Source of the DNA: a virus
Lineage: Duplodnaviria; Caudoviricetes
Strand: one strand, 5' to 3'
DNA length: 42,718 nucleotides
IMG/VR virus record: IMGVR_UViG_3300049982_000230
Span: 1 to 42,718 of that record
Numbering within the stretch: position 1 is the stretch's first letter; every line of letters starts with the position of its first letter. A program made the translations under genes and the position numbers. This document shows, in pieces, positions 34,596-42,718 of the stretch. The notes below the pieces were generated by a model. That model made no database searches, was not told the DNA's origin, and worked only from the letters and a program-made list of their open reading frames with translations.

Positions 34596-35227
34596 CAGGC
34601 TCCCGCGGCGGCTTCGAGCTCGGAGAGGACGCGGCGCAGGTCCGCGAGCGCGATCGGCGCCGTCTTGAGGCTCGTCGGCGGTGTGATCTTGACGCCCAGC
34701 TCGCCCAGCTCGAACTTGTAGGTCTTGCCGCGGGCGTCGCGGACGCTGACCTCGACCTTCTTGGTGACCTTCGGCTCGTCGTCGTTCATGTGGTCGATCC
34801 TCTCTGATTGGTCCGGGCCGCCGCGGGGATGTCGTGAGCCCGAAGCGACGCATTCGACCTCGAATGCGGTCCGGCCAAGGCAGGTGTCACACGTCCCGCG
34901 CTTGCCTACTTCGGCGGGCTGCGACTCATCTCGCCAGCCACGATGCTTCGGGTGCTCAAGGCACTGCCAGACGACGACGCGGCCCTTGTCAATATCGCGC
35001 TGCCACGGGTTCGCTCCGGTCATTGACCCAGATTCCTCGCGGCTCTCCTCCTGGCCCTGGCCGGGCGCCGAGCGCCCCGCGATCAGTCGCAGCACAGCGT
35101 CGGCGGACTCCGGGGAGTGCGTCACGGTGTGCAGCAGGTCGATCACGTCGCCGAGGCGCACACGCTCGTCGGGGTCGTAGGGCTGATCGGGGTGGCGCGG
35201 GTCGTGGCCCTCAGGCATGCCCGCCAT
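34595..35227 (-). CDS. Hypothetical mosaic ORF with internal SD+ATG at 35023 and 34789
   Basis: Single open frame with three module-like parts. Confidence 0.55.
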   Translation of the reverse strand: MAGMPEGHDPRHPDQPYDPDERVRLGDVIDLLHTVTHSPESADAVLRLIAGRSAPGQGQEESREESGSMTGANPWQRDIDKGRVVVWQCLEHPKHRGWRDESQPAEVGKRGTCDTCLGRTAFEVECVASGSRHPRGGPDQSERIDHMNDDEPKVTKKVEVSVRDARGKTYKFELGELGVKITPPTSLKTAPIALADLRRVLSELEAAAGA

Positions 35228-36077
35228 CCTCTCGCTTCGGCGCGCGCTCCTGGCCCAGCGCGCTCTCTCGCTGTGCGGCGTCCTCGTTCGAGATCGTCAC
35301 GCCCAGCTGCTCGAGCGGGCTGACGCCGATCGTTGGCACCCAGCTCTGGCCCTCGGCGGGCGCCTCGTGATCGTCAGAAGGATCGGAGTCCCGGCGGTCC
35401 GCCATCCCCTCCGTAAACGCGAGCAGGCGGTGCGCGAGGTCGCGTGCCTCGCTCGGCTTCAGGCTGTAGATCCTGCGGCCCTCGGGGTCGAACAGGCCGA
35501 TCGATCGGCTGATCGGGAAGGGCCAGCCGTCGGACTTGTCCAGCTCGCGGAACGTGATGTCGCTCATGACGCCGATTCTCCCGGCTCTCGGAACGGCCAC
35601 GTGGCAGCCACACCTATCGCAGTGGACCACCGGCCCCGGCGCGCTCTCGATCGCCGCGCCCTCAGCGGGATCGAGCAACCATCCGCAATGGCACACGGCC
35701 GCGTCCTGCTCATTGATCCACGCCACCGGATCGGGCGGATGGCCGCACGGCACCTCGCGCCAGAACCCCGCCGGCGGCGCCGCACCTCCGTCCTGGCCCG
35801 TGACCGCGGCCAGCGCCTCGCGGACCTCCACCGTGACGGCCATGTGGTCGGTGCCCGTCTCTCCCGACCAGCCGCAGACGATCTCGATGATCTGATCGAC
35901 CAGCTGGTCGGTGACAACGACGGGGGCAGCGACGCGGTCGGCCGCCGCCAGCACGTCGGCGGCGAGGTGGTCGAAGAGGTAGCCGTCGAGGTCGTGGGCG
36001 AGCATCCATGCCTCGGCCGCCTTCGTCGCGGCCTCCAGGCGCGGGCCCGGCGCGCTCTCACTTCGTGGTTCGTTCAT
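35211..36077 (-). CDS. Hypothetical mosaic ORF with Cys motifs and internal SD+ATG at 35567
   Basis: AGGAGG upstream; CHCG, CDRC. Confidence 0.55.
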   Translation of the reverse strand: MNEPRSESAPGPRLEAATKAAEAWMLAHDLDGYLFDHLAADVLAAADRVAAPVVVTDQLVDQIIEIVCGWSGETGTDHMAVTVEVREALAAVTGQDGGAAPPAGFWREVPCGHPPDPVAWINEQDAAVCHCGWLLDPAEGAAIESAPGPVVHCDRCGCHVAVPRAGRIGVMSDITFRELDKSDGWPFPISRSIGLFDPEGRRIYSLKPSEARDLAHRLLAFTEGMADRRDSDPSDDHEAPAEGQSWVPTIGVSPLEQLGVTISNEDAAQRESALGQERAPKREDGGHA

Positions 36078-36113
36078 CAGAGGGGGCGTCCTCCTGGTTG
36101 GTTGGCGTGGGAC

Positions 36114-37418
36114 CTACGCCGCCGCGGCGCTGGCCGTGGTCGCCATGGGGTTCTCGTAGAAGGTCTGGTACTCGCCGAGCAGCGAGATCGGGAAGCTCTT
36201 GAGCCGCGCGCCGCGGTACTTCGCCACGCGCAGCAGGCCGTCGTCGATCGGGTCCAGCGTGTCGGCGTCCTGGGCGCGCCAGACGAAGAGGACGTTGTCG
36301 GGGCGGTTGACCAGCTCGGCGCAGTCGCGGACGTCGCCGAGGCCGGGCAGCGGCCAGGTGCCGTCCGCGCCGACGCGGGCGCGGTTGACGTGCCCGGTCA
36401 GGATGACGTGGCAGCCGGTGTCCTTGGCGAGCGCGTCGAGGTGCTGGACGGCGGACTCCAGCGTCTCGTTGCGCTTGCGGCCGGACTCGTGCGGCAGCCC
36501 TTGGACGATGTCGACGGCGAGGACGTCGAGGCGGCGCCGGCGCGCTTCGCGGGCGATGTCGCGGGCCGTCCAGTCGGCGGCGCCGATCATCGCGACGGGC
36601 TGCTCGCTCATGGCGGTGATGATGGCCTGGCACTCGTCGGCGGTGAGCTCGCCGAGGCCGGCGGTGGCCTGCTGGATGCGGCCGAACTTGACGCGGGCGA
36701 GACGGGCGAAGATGCGCTCGGCGCGCTCGTCGACCGTCATCTCGTTGACGAACAGCGCGGCGTTGGCGCCGGAGCGAGCCATGGAGTCCAGGGACATGTC
36801 GACGAAGATCGACTTGCCGTGTGAGACCGGGCCGCCGATGAATGTGAGCTGGCCGCGGCGCGCGCCGCCGCCTGAGAGGGCGTTGAGGGTCTGCAGCGGC
36901 CAGCGGTAGCGGACACGGTCCTTGTCCTCGATCGCGGCCATGAGCCGCAGGCCGATGTCGTGAGGGCTGTTCCATCCGCTGCCGGGGCGGCGGCGGTCCT
37001 CGACGCCGGAGAGGCGCTGTTCGGCGAGGTCCCACGCGTCGCGGTCGAGCGTGTCGATGGCGAGGCGCGCCTCGTTCAGGGCGGTGCTCCGCTCGCGCCA
37101 GCGGGCGAGCTCGGCGACCCGCGAGGCCACGTCCTTGATCGCGTCGATCTTCGGCGCGAAGGCCGTGAGGCTGTCGAGGCCGGCCTCCCCGCCGATCAGC
37201 GCCAGGGTGCCGGCGAGGCGCATCCGCTCGGCGACCGCGCGGGGGTCGACGCTGACGCCGTCGTCGCGCATGTCGGCGACGACCTGGACGATGGCGCGGC
37301 AGGCAGGTTCGGCGAAGTCCTCCGGGGCGGTGCGATCGAGGACGGCGTCGGCGGCGGCGTCGGCGAGCAGGGTCGCCGCGGCTGTGGCGCGCTCGGCGCC
37401 TGCGCTGTCGATGCTCAC
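36114..37418 (-). CDS. dnaB: DnaB-like replicative helicase
   Basis: Walker A GGPVSHGKS, NEM, LAKDTGCHVI..HVNR, LRVAKYRG; DnaB N-terminal domain. Confidence 0.88.
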   Translation of the reverse strand: MSIDSAGAERATAAATLLADAAADAVLDRTAPEDFAEPACRAIVQVVADMRDDGVSVDPRAVAERMRLAGTLALIGGEAGLDSLTAFAPKIDAIKDVASRVAELARWRERSTALNEARLAIDTLDRDAWDLAEQRLSGVEDRRRPGSGWNSPHDIGLRLMAAIEDKDRVRYRWPLQTLNALSGGGARRGQLTFIGGPVSHGKSIFVDMSLDSMARSGANAALFVNEMTVDERAERIFARLARVKFGRIQQATAGLGELTADECQAIITAMSEQPVAMIGAADWTARDIAREARRRRLDVLAVDIVQGLPHESGRKRNETLESAVQHLDALAKDTGCHVILTGHVNRARVGADGTWPLPGLGDVRDCAELVNRPDNVLFVWRAQDADTLDPIDDGLLRVAKYRGARLKSFPISLLGEYQTFYENPMATTASAAAA

Positions 37419-38224
37419 GCGGCCTCGGACCGGCGCTGCTCGATCTTCTGCACGACGTGCTCGAGCTGCTCGACGAGGTCGCGCGTGTCGACCCCGGCGC
37501 GCTCGGCGGCGAGGATGTTCTCCCGGGTCCGGGACGCGAGGCTCCGCGCCATGCGACGGGTCTCGGTGTCGCCGCGCGCCTCGGTGTGGCGCTCGGCGGC
37601 GTCGGTCGCCCACGCCACGCCGAGCGTGGCGGTGTCGACGACCTCGACGGCCTCCAGGGCGCGCGCCGGGATCGTGGTGTAGCCGAGGACCGCGTCATCC
37701 GCGACGTCGCCGCGGGAGGCGGGCAGCAGGAACCGCGGCTCCTGCTGCTCGTCGAGGCGAAACCGGATCGGCCAGACGAGCGTGTCGGCGTGGCGCTGGG
37801 CGAAGCGCTGGCCGATGACCCGGCGCAGGAACACGGCCGGGTCGCGGCCGGCCTCGCGCTCACGGCGCTCACGGCGGGCCACCCAGTCCTTGTCGTGCCG
37901 CCGGACCCACCAGGCGGCGAGGTCCTCGGGCGTGCGATGGCCGGCGGCGCGGGCGTCCTCGGCGGTGACGGCGCCGATCGGCGAGGGCTTGGTGGTGCAG
38001 GCGGTGACGATGATGTGGGCTCGCTCGTAGTGGTCGGCGGCGTCGCCGTCCAGCGGCGCGGAGTAGCGGAACGGGATGCGCGTGCCGATGGCGGGCGTGA
38101 ACGGCCGGGTCTTGTACTCGGTGCCGTTGCCGCGTGCGATGGTCTTCGAGGGTGTGGCGAGGATGTGGGTCATGGTCTGGCGGCCGGCGAGGATCGCTCG
38201 GGCCTGCGAGGCGGTGAAGTTCAA
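37415..38224 (-). CDS. ASCH/PUA-like domain protein (TTG start)
   Basis: F...ARAILAGRQTMT...VTAEDARAAG..WW..VWPIRF pattern; GGAGG SD. Confidence 0.65.
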   Translation of the reverse strand: MNFTASQARAILAGRQTMTHILATPSKTIARGNGTEYKTRPFTPAIGTRIPFRYSAPLDGDAADHYERAHIIVTACTTKPSPIGAVTAEDARAAGHRTPEDLAAWWVRRHDKDWVARRERREREAGRDPAVFLRRVIGQRFAQRHADTLVWPIRFRLDEQQEPRFLLPASRGDVADDAVLGYTTIPARALEAVEVVDTATLGVAWATDAAERHTEARGDTETRRMARSLASRTRENILAAERAGVDTRDLVEQLEHVVQKIEQRRSEAA

Positions 38225-38331
38225 GACGGAGACCTCCGATTGACCTGCTTTGCTTTCGGGTCTCCACTACGTGACGGGTCCCTGGGGGGGCGGTTGCGGG
38301 CAGCTTCTCGGATCCCCCCAGGGGCTCGCCG

Positions 38332-38658
38332 CTACGGCGCTCGCGGCCGTCGCGACCAAGTGCAGGCGGTTGGCGCGAGAGCCGCCTTGAGCAGGCGGCG
38401 GGCGATGGTGGGGTAGTCGCCGGCGAGGTCGTCGAAGCCTCCAGTGGCGCGGTCGATGCGGGCGATCTCCTCGCTGAGCGCCGTGACCATCGTCGTGGTC
38501 GGCTCGCCACTGGCCAGCGCGATGACGTTCATGAGCTGCTGCCCGGACCGCAGACGGACGGCGGCCGCGTCGGCGTCGGGCACGACGTACCGCACCACGA
38601 TCTCGAAGCGGTCGACGTCGGGGTACTGCGAGACGCGGACGAGGCTCGCGTTGATCAC
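38332..38658 (-). CDS. Hypothetical protein (108 aa)
   Basis: GTGA overlap; codon bias. Confidence 0.6.
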   Translation of the reverse strand: MINASLVRVSQYPDVDRFEIVVRYVVPDADAAAVRLRSGQQLMNVIALASGEPTTTMVTALSEEIARIDRATGGFDDLAGDYPTIARRLLKAALAPTACTWSRRPRAP

Positions 38659-39830
38659 GCGGCCGTCACCGCGGTGTCGAGCGCGTCGCCGACGAGCGCG
38701 ACGGCCTGCTCGCCGAGGACGACCATCCGGCGGGTCACTGCCGCTTGGGCGGCGAGCCGGTCGATGACTCCTGTCGTCACGGGGGTCTGGTCGTTGATCT
38801 CGCCGTTCTCGCGCAGCGGGTAGCTCATGTCGGCGGTTGCGGCGGCGGCGAGGCCGGCGACCAGGCCGGCGGGCAACGGCCCGGGGTTCGGGTTGTCGCG
38901 GTGCGCGCCGACGGCCTGGAGGTCGTCGATCGCCGACATGAGCGCGGCGTAGGCCTCGTGGTGGCCCTGCCAGCACTCGTCGGCCTCTGGGCGGTTCTCC
39001 AGGATGGAGATCGTGGCGACGTCGTGGTGGTAGCTCTCGCAGGCCTGCTCGAGCCGCGCCGCCGCGGCGGCGCGCAGGTAGGTGAGCAGCTCGTCGTCGA
39101 CGGCGATCGTCGGGAACGCCCCGTCGTCCTGACCGCTGGTTCGCGGCTGGTCGTCGTGGAGGTGAAGGTCGGCGCCGGCGGCGCGCAGGCTCGCGAGGAA
39201 CGCAGCCTCGCGCTCGGCGCCGAGCTCGATGACCCAGCCGGGCGAGCAGTAGGTCCAGCACTCGTACGCGTCGGCCGCATCCATCGACTCGCGCTCGGCC
39301 AGGATGTCGCGGATGCGCGTCCAGCGCGCGAGGTCGGGTGCGACGGCCGCGATGGCGTCGACGTCGGCCTCCATCCCACGGACGTTGGTGCCGATCTGCA
39401 GCAGCGCGCGCGTCGCCGTGAGGCTCATCTCCTCGACCATGTCGTCGGGGATCACGACGTGGCCGGCCGGGGCGGTGTTCCGGATCTCCGCGTCGTCGGC
39501 GGCGCGGCGTGCGAGCGTGTCGCGCTCGGCGGCCATGCGATGCGCGACGTACTCCTCGCGGTAGGCGCCGTATGAGCTGCGCCAGCCGATCACCGGGAGG
39601 CCGTCGAGGAGCTCCGCGAGGCGCTTCATCGCCGCGAACCGCGCCTGGCAGTCCTCCAGCCGAGCCGAGCCGACGTCGCCGTCGCAGGCGGCGCCGATGT
39701 GCTCGACGACGGCCTCGGCCTCCTCGCGGAAGGCCCAGAGCAGGGTGTCGGTGAGCGTGACGCGCTGATCGTCGGTGAGCGGCGTCGCGGGGGCCATGTC
39801 GGTGAGCGGTGGGGCGGTGGTGGCAGGCAT
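38655..39830 (-). CDS. Hypothetical helical protein (391 aa)
   Basis: GAGGAG SD; strong codon bias. Confidence 0.75.
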   Translation of the reverse strand: MPATTAPPLTDMAPATPLTDDQRVTLTDTLLWAFREEAEAVVEHIGAACDGDVGSARLEDCQARFAAMKRLAELLDGLPVIGWRSSYGAYREEYVAHRMAAERDTLARRAADDAEIRNTAPAGHVVIPDDMVEEMSLTATRALLQIGTNVRGMEADVDAIAAVAPDLARWTRIRDILAERESMDAADAYECWTYCSPGWVIELGAEREAAFLASLRAAGADLHLHDDQPRTSGQDDGAFPTIAVDDELLTYLRAAAAARLEQACESYHHDVATISILENRPEADECWQGHHEAYAALMSAIDDLQAVGAHRDNPNPGPLPAGLVAGLAAAATADMSYPLRENGEINDQTPVTTGVIDRLAAQAAVTRRMVVLGEQAVALVGDALDTAVTAA

Positions 39831-39851
39831 TGGTTCTCCTCGGTTGGGGGG

Positions 39852-40625
39852 TTAGGCGGCCTGGGGCAGGCGGCGGTCGTGTCCGGTGATCTCCCACGCC
39901 TCGCAGTAGCCGACGAGGCGACTGGCGATGGCCTTGCCGAACGGCTCGGGCCAGTGCGTCGCGAGCTGCCCGATGGGCAGGTTGGTGGTGACGAGCAGCG
40001 GGCGGCTGTCGGAGATCGCGTTGTCGATCGCCGAGAACAACGGCTCGGCGGCGTGCGCCGTCGGGCGGGTCTTGTCCAGGTCGTCGAGGACGAGCGCGCC
40101 GGCGGTGCGCAGCGCCCGGATCGTGGCGGCCCGGATCGGGTCGTCGAAGGCGAGGCCGAGGTTGATCGTGACCTCGTGGACGCGCAGCCAGGTGAGCGCC
40201 CCGACCTCGAGCATGTGGCGCTTCGCCGCCGCGCCGGCGATCGTGGTCTTGCCGACTCCGAACGGGCCGGTCAGTAGCAGGCCGGCCAGGTCGCCGGACG
40301 CGAAGCGGCGCGCGGCGGCCAGCGGCTCCACGCGGCCCGGTGCGTCGAGCGCCTCCAGCGTGCACTCGGGGCCATGCAGCGACTTCGGCAGCCCGGAGTA
40401 GGAGATCCGCTCCGCGAACCTGGCCTGACGGATGTCAGCGGCGTGCTGGGCGTCCTGTGCGTCCGTCTCGGCGGCGTGCGCCGCGGCGCAGCTCGCGCAC
40501 TGCAGCGGGAGCCGCTGGAGCATGGCGCGCACCTTCGCCGACGTCGCCGCCGACACCTCGATGACGTCCTCGGTCGGCGCGCCGCAGCCTGCGCAGGGGC
40601 CCTTCCGGGTCTCGGTCTCGCTCAT
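39852..40625 (-). CDS. DnaC/IstB-like AAA+ helicase loader
   Basis: CxxC..CxxC, Walker A GPFGVGKT, LVLDDL, VTTNL, IASRL. Confidence 0.9.
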   Translation of the reverse strand: MSETETRKGPCAGCGAPTEDVIEVSAATSAKVRAMLQRLPLQCASCAAAHAAETDAQDAQHAADIRQARFAERISYSGLPKSLHGPECTLEALDAPGRVEPLAAARRFASGDLAGLLLTGPFGVGKTTIAGAAAKRHMLEVGALTWLRVHEVTINLGLAFDDPIRAATIRALRTAGALVLDDLDKTRPTAHAAEPLFSAIDNAISDSRPLLVTTNLPIGQLATHWPEPFGKAIASRLVGYCEAWEITGHDRRLPQAA

Positions 40626-41581
40626 GATGCCCTCTTCGTGGTCGAGTTGTACTTGTCGATGCTCGGGCCGGCGGCGGCCGGCGCGGGGTTGCGGGCCTGC
40701 TCCAGATTGCGCTCGACGACGCCCGGCCCGAAGACGTTGCCGAGGTGCGGGCGGGCGGGCAGCCAGTAGGGCTGCGCGAGCTGGGCGGTGACCATGCGGT
40801 GCGCGATCTCGGCGGTGATCTCCGGGTGCTCGGCCAGGGCCGTGAGGACGCGGCTGAGGTTGTCGCTCGGCGCGCCGCTGGCCTTGAGCGGGGCGTAGCC
40901 GGTGCTGGCCTGCTCGTTGAAGTCGGCGAGGATCGACTCGGCGAGCGCCTGGCGCTCGGCCGGGACGACGCGGCCGCCGTGCTTGATCTTCGGCGGCTCG
41001 GTTCCGCTCGCGCCCGCGACCACACTGAGTGGTGTTCTCGTTGTTGGTCCTTGCCTTAACCCTTGCCCTTGCCCTTGACCCTCAGGTGAGGGTCGGGTGA
41101 GGTTCACCCCATTTGGCTCTGTAGAGCCATTTAGGTGAGGTTCACCTGAACCTCGTGTGACGTTCACCTGAGGTTCATCGGCTAGCCGATCGGCCAGCTC
41201 GTGGAACGTCGTGTCGCGGTACTCGGCGACGAACGCGACGCGGAGCTCGTGCTCGTCGGGGACCACGCGAAGGTCGGTGATGATGCCCTTCGCGATCTGC
41301 ACGGTCCTCGTGCGCAGGTGCTTGACGCGAGTGCGGACCCAGAGGACGTTGTCGACGTAGAAGAGGAACCGGCCGGCTGTCAGCTCGGCGAGCGCGTCCG
41401 TGAGGCGCTTCTCGGTGAGCTTGCCCTCGCACATCGACCGGCGCGAGACCTTGTAGAGCCCCGCCATGTTCGCCCGCGGGTTCGTGAACGACCACAGGTA
41501 GAGCAGCATCGCGTCGGCCGAGAGATCCTCGACGTCGGGATCGGACCACATGGCCACCTGGACGTCGCCGAAGCGGGCCAC
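40622..41581 (-). CDS. Phage replication initiator (lambda O-like organisation)
   Basis: WSDP..LS..AMLLYLW..TNP..NMAGLY N-terminus; central iteron-coded linker; upstream of loader. Confidence 0.8.
   Translation of the reverse strand: MARFGDVQVAMWSDPDVEDLSADAMLLYLWSFTNPRANMAGLYKVSRRSMCEGKLTEKRLTDALAELTAGRFLFYVDNVLWVRTRVKHLRTRTVQIAKGIITDLRVVPDEHELRVAFVAEYRDTTFHELADRLADEPQVNVTRGSGEPHLNGSTEPNGVNLTRPSPEGQGQGQGLRQGPTTRTPLSVVAGASGTEPPKIKHGGRVVPAERQALAESILADFNEQASTGYAPLKASGAPSDNLSRVLTALAEHPEITAEIAHRMVTAQLAQPYWLPARPHLGNVFGPGVVERNLEQARNPAPAAAGPSIDKYNSTTKRAS
41049..41177. repeat. Probable replication origin: TGA(G/C)G(T/G)TCA-type iterons in both orientations plus CCTTG repeats
   Basis: Copies at about 41076, 41087, 41098, 41136, 41147, 41158 and 41169; lower GC; inside the initiator gene. 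Confidence 0.75.
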
Positions 41582-41962
41582 CTACCGATCGCCCCCCTCG
41601 GCGGCCCGGACGCCGCCGCCGATGCACTCGCAGGTGCCGCCAGCGACGGTGACCGTGCCGAGCCGAATGGCCGCCCAGCCGGTGCCGCCGCACGACGGGC
41701 AGTCCGGCCGGGCGCGACTCGCGTCGCGCGGCAGGTCGTGCCCGGCCGTGGTCGTGCTGAGGATCATGAGCGGGTGCTCCAGGCGCTCGTGCATGACGGC
41801 CGCGGCGCGCGCGAGCGTCTCCGTCTGGTGCCGGTGGACCTCGCCTACCGACTGCAGCGCAGCCGTCATCCGCCGGCATGCCGCCGCGAAGTCGAAGACC
41901 CCGGCGCGCAGCGGGCCTGTGACCATGAACGCGTCCCAGGCCTGGTGCTCCGCGGAGCGCAT
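41582..41962 (-). CDS. Hypothetical protein with CPSCGGTGW...CEC zinc finger
   Basis: Cys motif; coupled to neighbours. Confidence 0.65.
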   Translation of the reverse strand: MRSAEHQAWDAFMVTGPLRAGVFDFAAACRRMTAALQSVGEVHRHQTETLARAAAVMHERLEHPLMILSTTTAGHDLPRDASRARPDCPSCGGTGWAAIRLGTVTVAGGTCECIGGGVRAAEGGDR

Positions 41963-42258
41963 CACGCCGAGCCCACGAGCGAGGAGTCGACGATGACGAA
42001 GGTGCCGTCCCGCGCGCCCACGGCCACGACGACCGCGCCGCCGAAGCCGTCGAAGCCATACGTGATCGGTGGGCTCCACGCCGGCCGCAGCCGGTAGGCG
42101 ACACGCAGCACCCGAGGGTGATCAACCGCCCAGCGCAGGGCCCGCGGAAGCCGCTCGCGGAAGACCTGTCGCACCGCATCCTCGTGCCGGGCGGCAGCGA
42201 CATCGAAGAGGCGCTCAGCCAGCAGCTCGTGGTGCTCGGTGGGCGACGACAGGCTCAC
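41962..42258 (-). CDS. Hypothetical protein (98 aa)
   Basis: GTGA and TGATG overlaps. Confidence 0.6.
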   Translation of the reverse strand: MSLSSPTEHHELLAERLFDVAAARHEDAVRQVFRERLPRALRWAVDHPRVLRVAYRLRPAWSPPITYGFDGFGGAVVVAVGARDGTFVIVDSSLVGSA

Positions 42259-42599
42259 GTGAGGACCCCGTAGACGATCGCGGCGACCAGGACGAACAGG
42301 AGCGCGAGGACGAACCGCGCGGGCCCGGTCAGGACGATGGCGCGGCAGCTCAACTGCGCGCACTCGCGCGTCCAGAGCGACGTGTGGCGGAGCTGGCTGA
42401 CGACGTAGCCGTGATGGTGGCGGCGGCCCGCGCGCTGGCGGGCGCTTAGGGCTCGGCTGCGCCCGGGCGTCGCCGAGCGCAACTGAGCGCGTGCACCGAG
42501 CGTGCACCGAACCACCCCCTGCGGACCCCTCCCGGCGGGAACTGAGGAGCACTGATCCCCCGTGGCAGAGCTAAGCCCTCCACGGAGGATCGCACTCAT
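42255..42599 (-). CDS. Membrane protein with C-terminal TM helix; start uncertain (longest frame begins at the att-core CAT)
   Basis: The last ~55 codons have strong codon bias and encode FVLALLFVLVAAIVYGVLT. Confidence 0.45.
   Translation of the reverse strand: MSAILRGGLSSATGDQCSSVPAGRGPQGVVRCTLGARAQLRSATPGRSRALSARQRAGRRHHHGYVVSQLRHTSLWTRECAQLSCRAIVLTGPARFVLALLFVLVAAIVYGVLT
42490..42511 (+). repeat. Tandem CGTGCACCGA(G/A) repeats, probable arm-type sites
   Basis: Match to 181-202. Confidence 0.75.
42554..42591 (-). promoter_or_regulatory. Long RNA hairpin adjacent to the att core (sib-like candidate)
   Basis: 17-bp stem with one bulge; two G-U pairs form only on the - strand; no U tract. 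Confidence 0.55.
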
Positions 42600-42636
42600 A
42601 ATCCGTCAGATGAAGGTTCGAATCCTTCTCGGCCCA
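42594..42636 (+). repeat. attR: displaced original 3' half of the host tRNA
   Basis: ACTCATAATCCGT-CAGAT-GAAGG-TTCGAAT-CCTTC-TCGGCCCA. Confidence 0.9.
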
Positions 42637-42718
42637 TCGACCGCGATCAGCATTCGTGATGGCGCCCAGCAGCTCAGATCCGAGGTGTAGGCTGGCGCCG
42701 GAGGACCGCGCGAATGTC

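Larger units (their letters stand above)
88..42606. mobile_element. Complete temperate prophage with contractile tail, integrated in the tRNA(CAT) gene
   Basis: Bounded by the direct repeat ACTCATAATCCGT (88-100, 42594-42606); integrase, immunity, lysis, tail, head, packaging and replication modules all present with coupled start/stop codons. Confidence 0.95.

Noticed and set aside
956-41059. Numerous long + strand and alternate-frame ORFs in the track (e.g. 11371-13176, 13176-15218, 27696-29762, 38332-40365)
   Set aside because: Shadow ORFs of high-GC genes: Arg/Gly/Pro-rich, no motifs, overlapping well-supported CDSs.
41049-41177. Repeat cluster as a CRISPR or DGR element
   Set aside because: Short mixed-orientation repeats without spacers, inside the initiator gene; no cas or reverse transcriptase gene in the window. 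Fits origin iterons.
42594-42636. Second tRNA gene
   Set aside because: Only the 3' half is present; no acceptor 5' strand or D-arm upstream. It is attR.

Overview
The window is almost entirely one apparently intact ~42.5 kb temperate prophage in a very GC-rich host (gene content suggests an actinobacterium; inference). It is integrated into a tRNA with a CAT anticodon (Ile2-like). attL is the restored tRNA at 57-130 and attR is a displaced tRNA 3' half at 42594-42636. Order from the left: tyrosine integrase, excisionase, early regulatory genes, Cro/repressor switch, two + strand morons, lysis, contractile (myovirus-type) tail, an accessory fibre/beta-helix/FkbM-methyltransferase/holin-like block, head genes, terminase, putative cos, HNH, small early genes, DnaB/DnaC-like/initiator replication genes. 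Nearly all genes are on the - strand. Most notable observations: (1) the scaffold and major capsid protein share a 31-aa N-terminal leader motif, preceded in the capsid by a hydrophobic helix, and no prohead protease gene is evident; (2) the Shine-Dalgarno sites of four late genes sit in covarying hairpins with the same CAGGA loop; (3) integration rewrites the tRNA T-stem through compensatory base pairs that also make attP palindromic; (4) att splits the early operon, with a sib-like hairpin just beyond it; (5) a tandem catalytically degenerate HNH protein carries a sigma-finger-like tail. All product calls come from motif recognition by eye; no searches were run.
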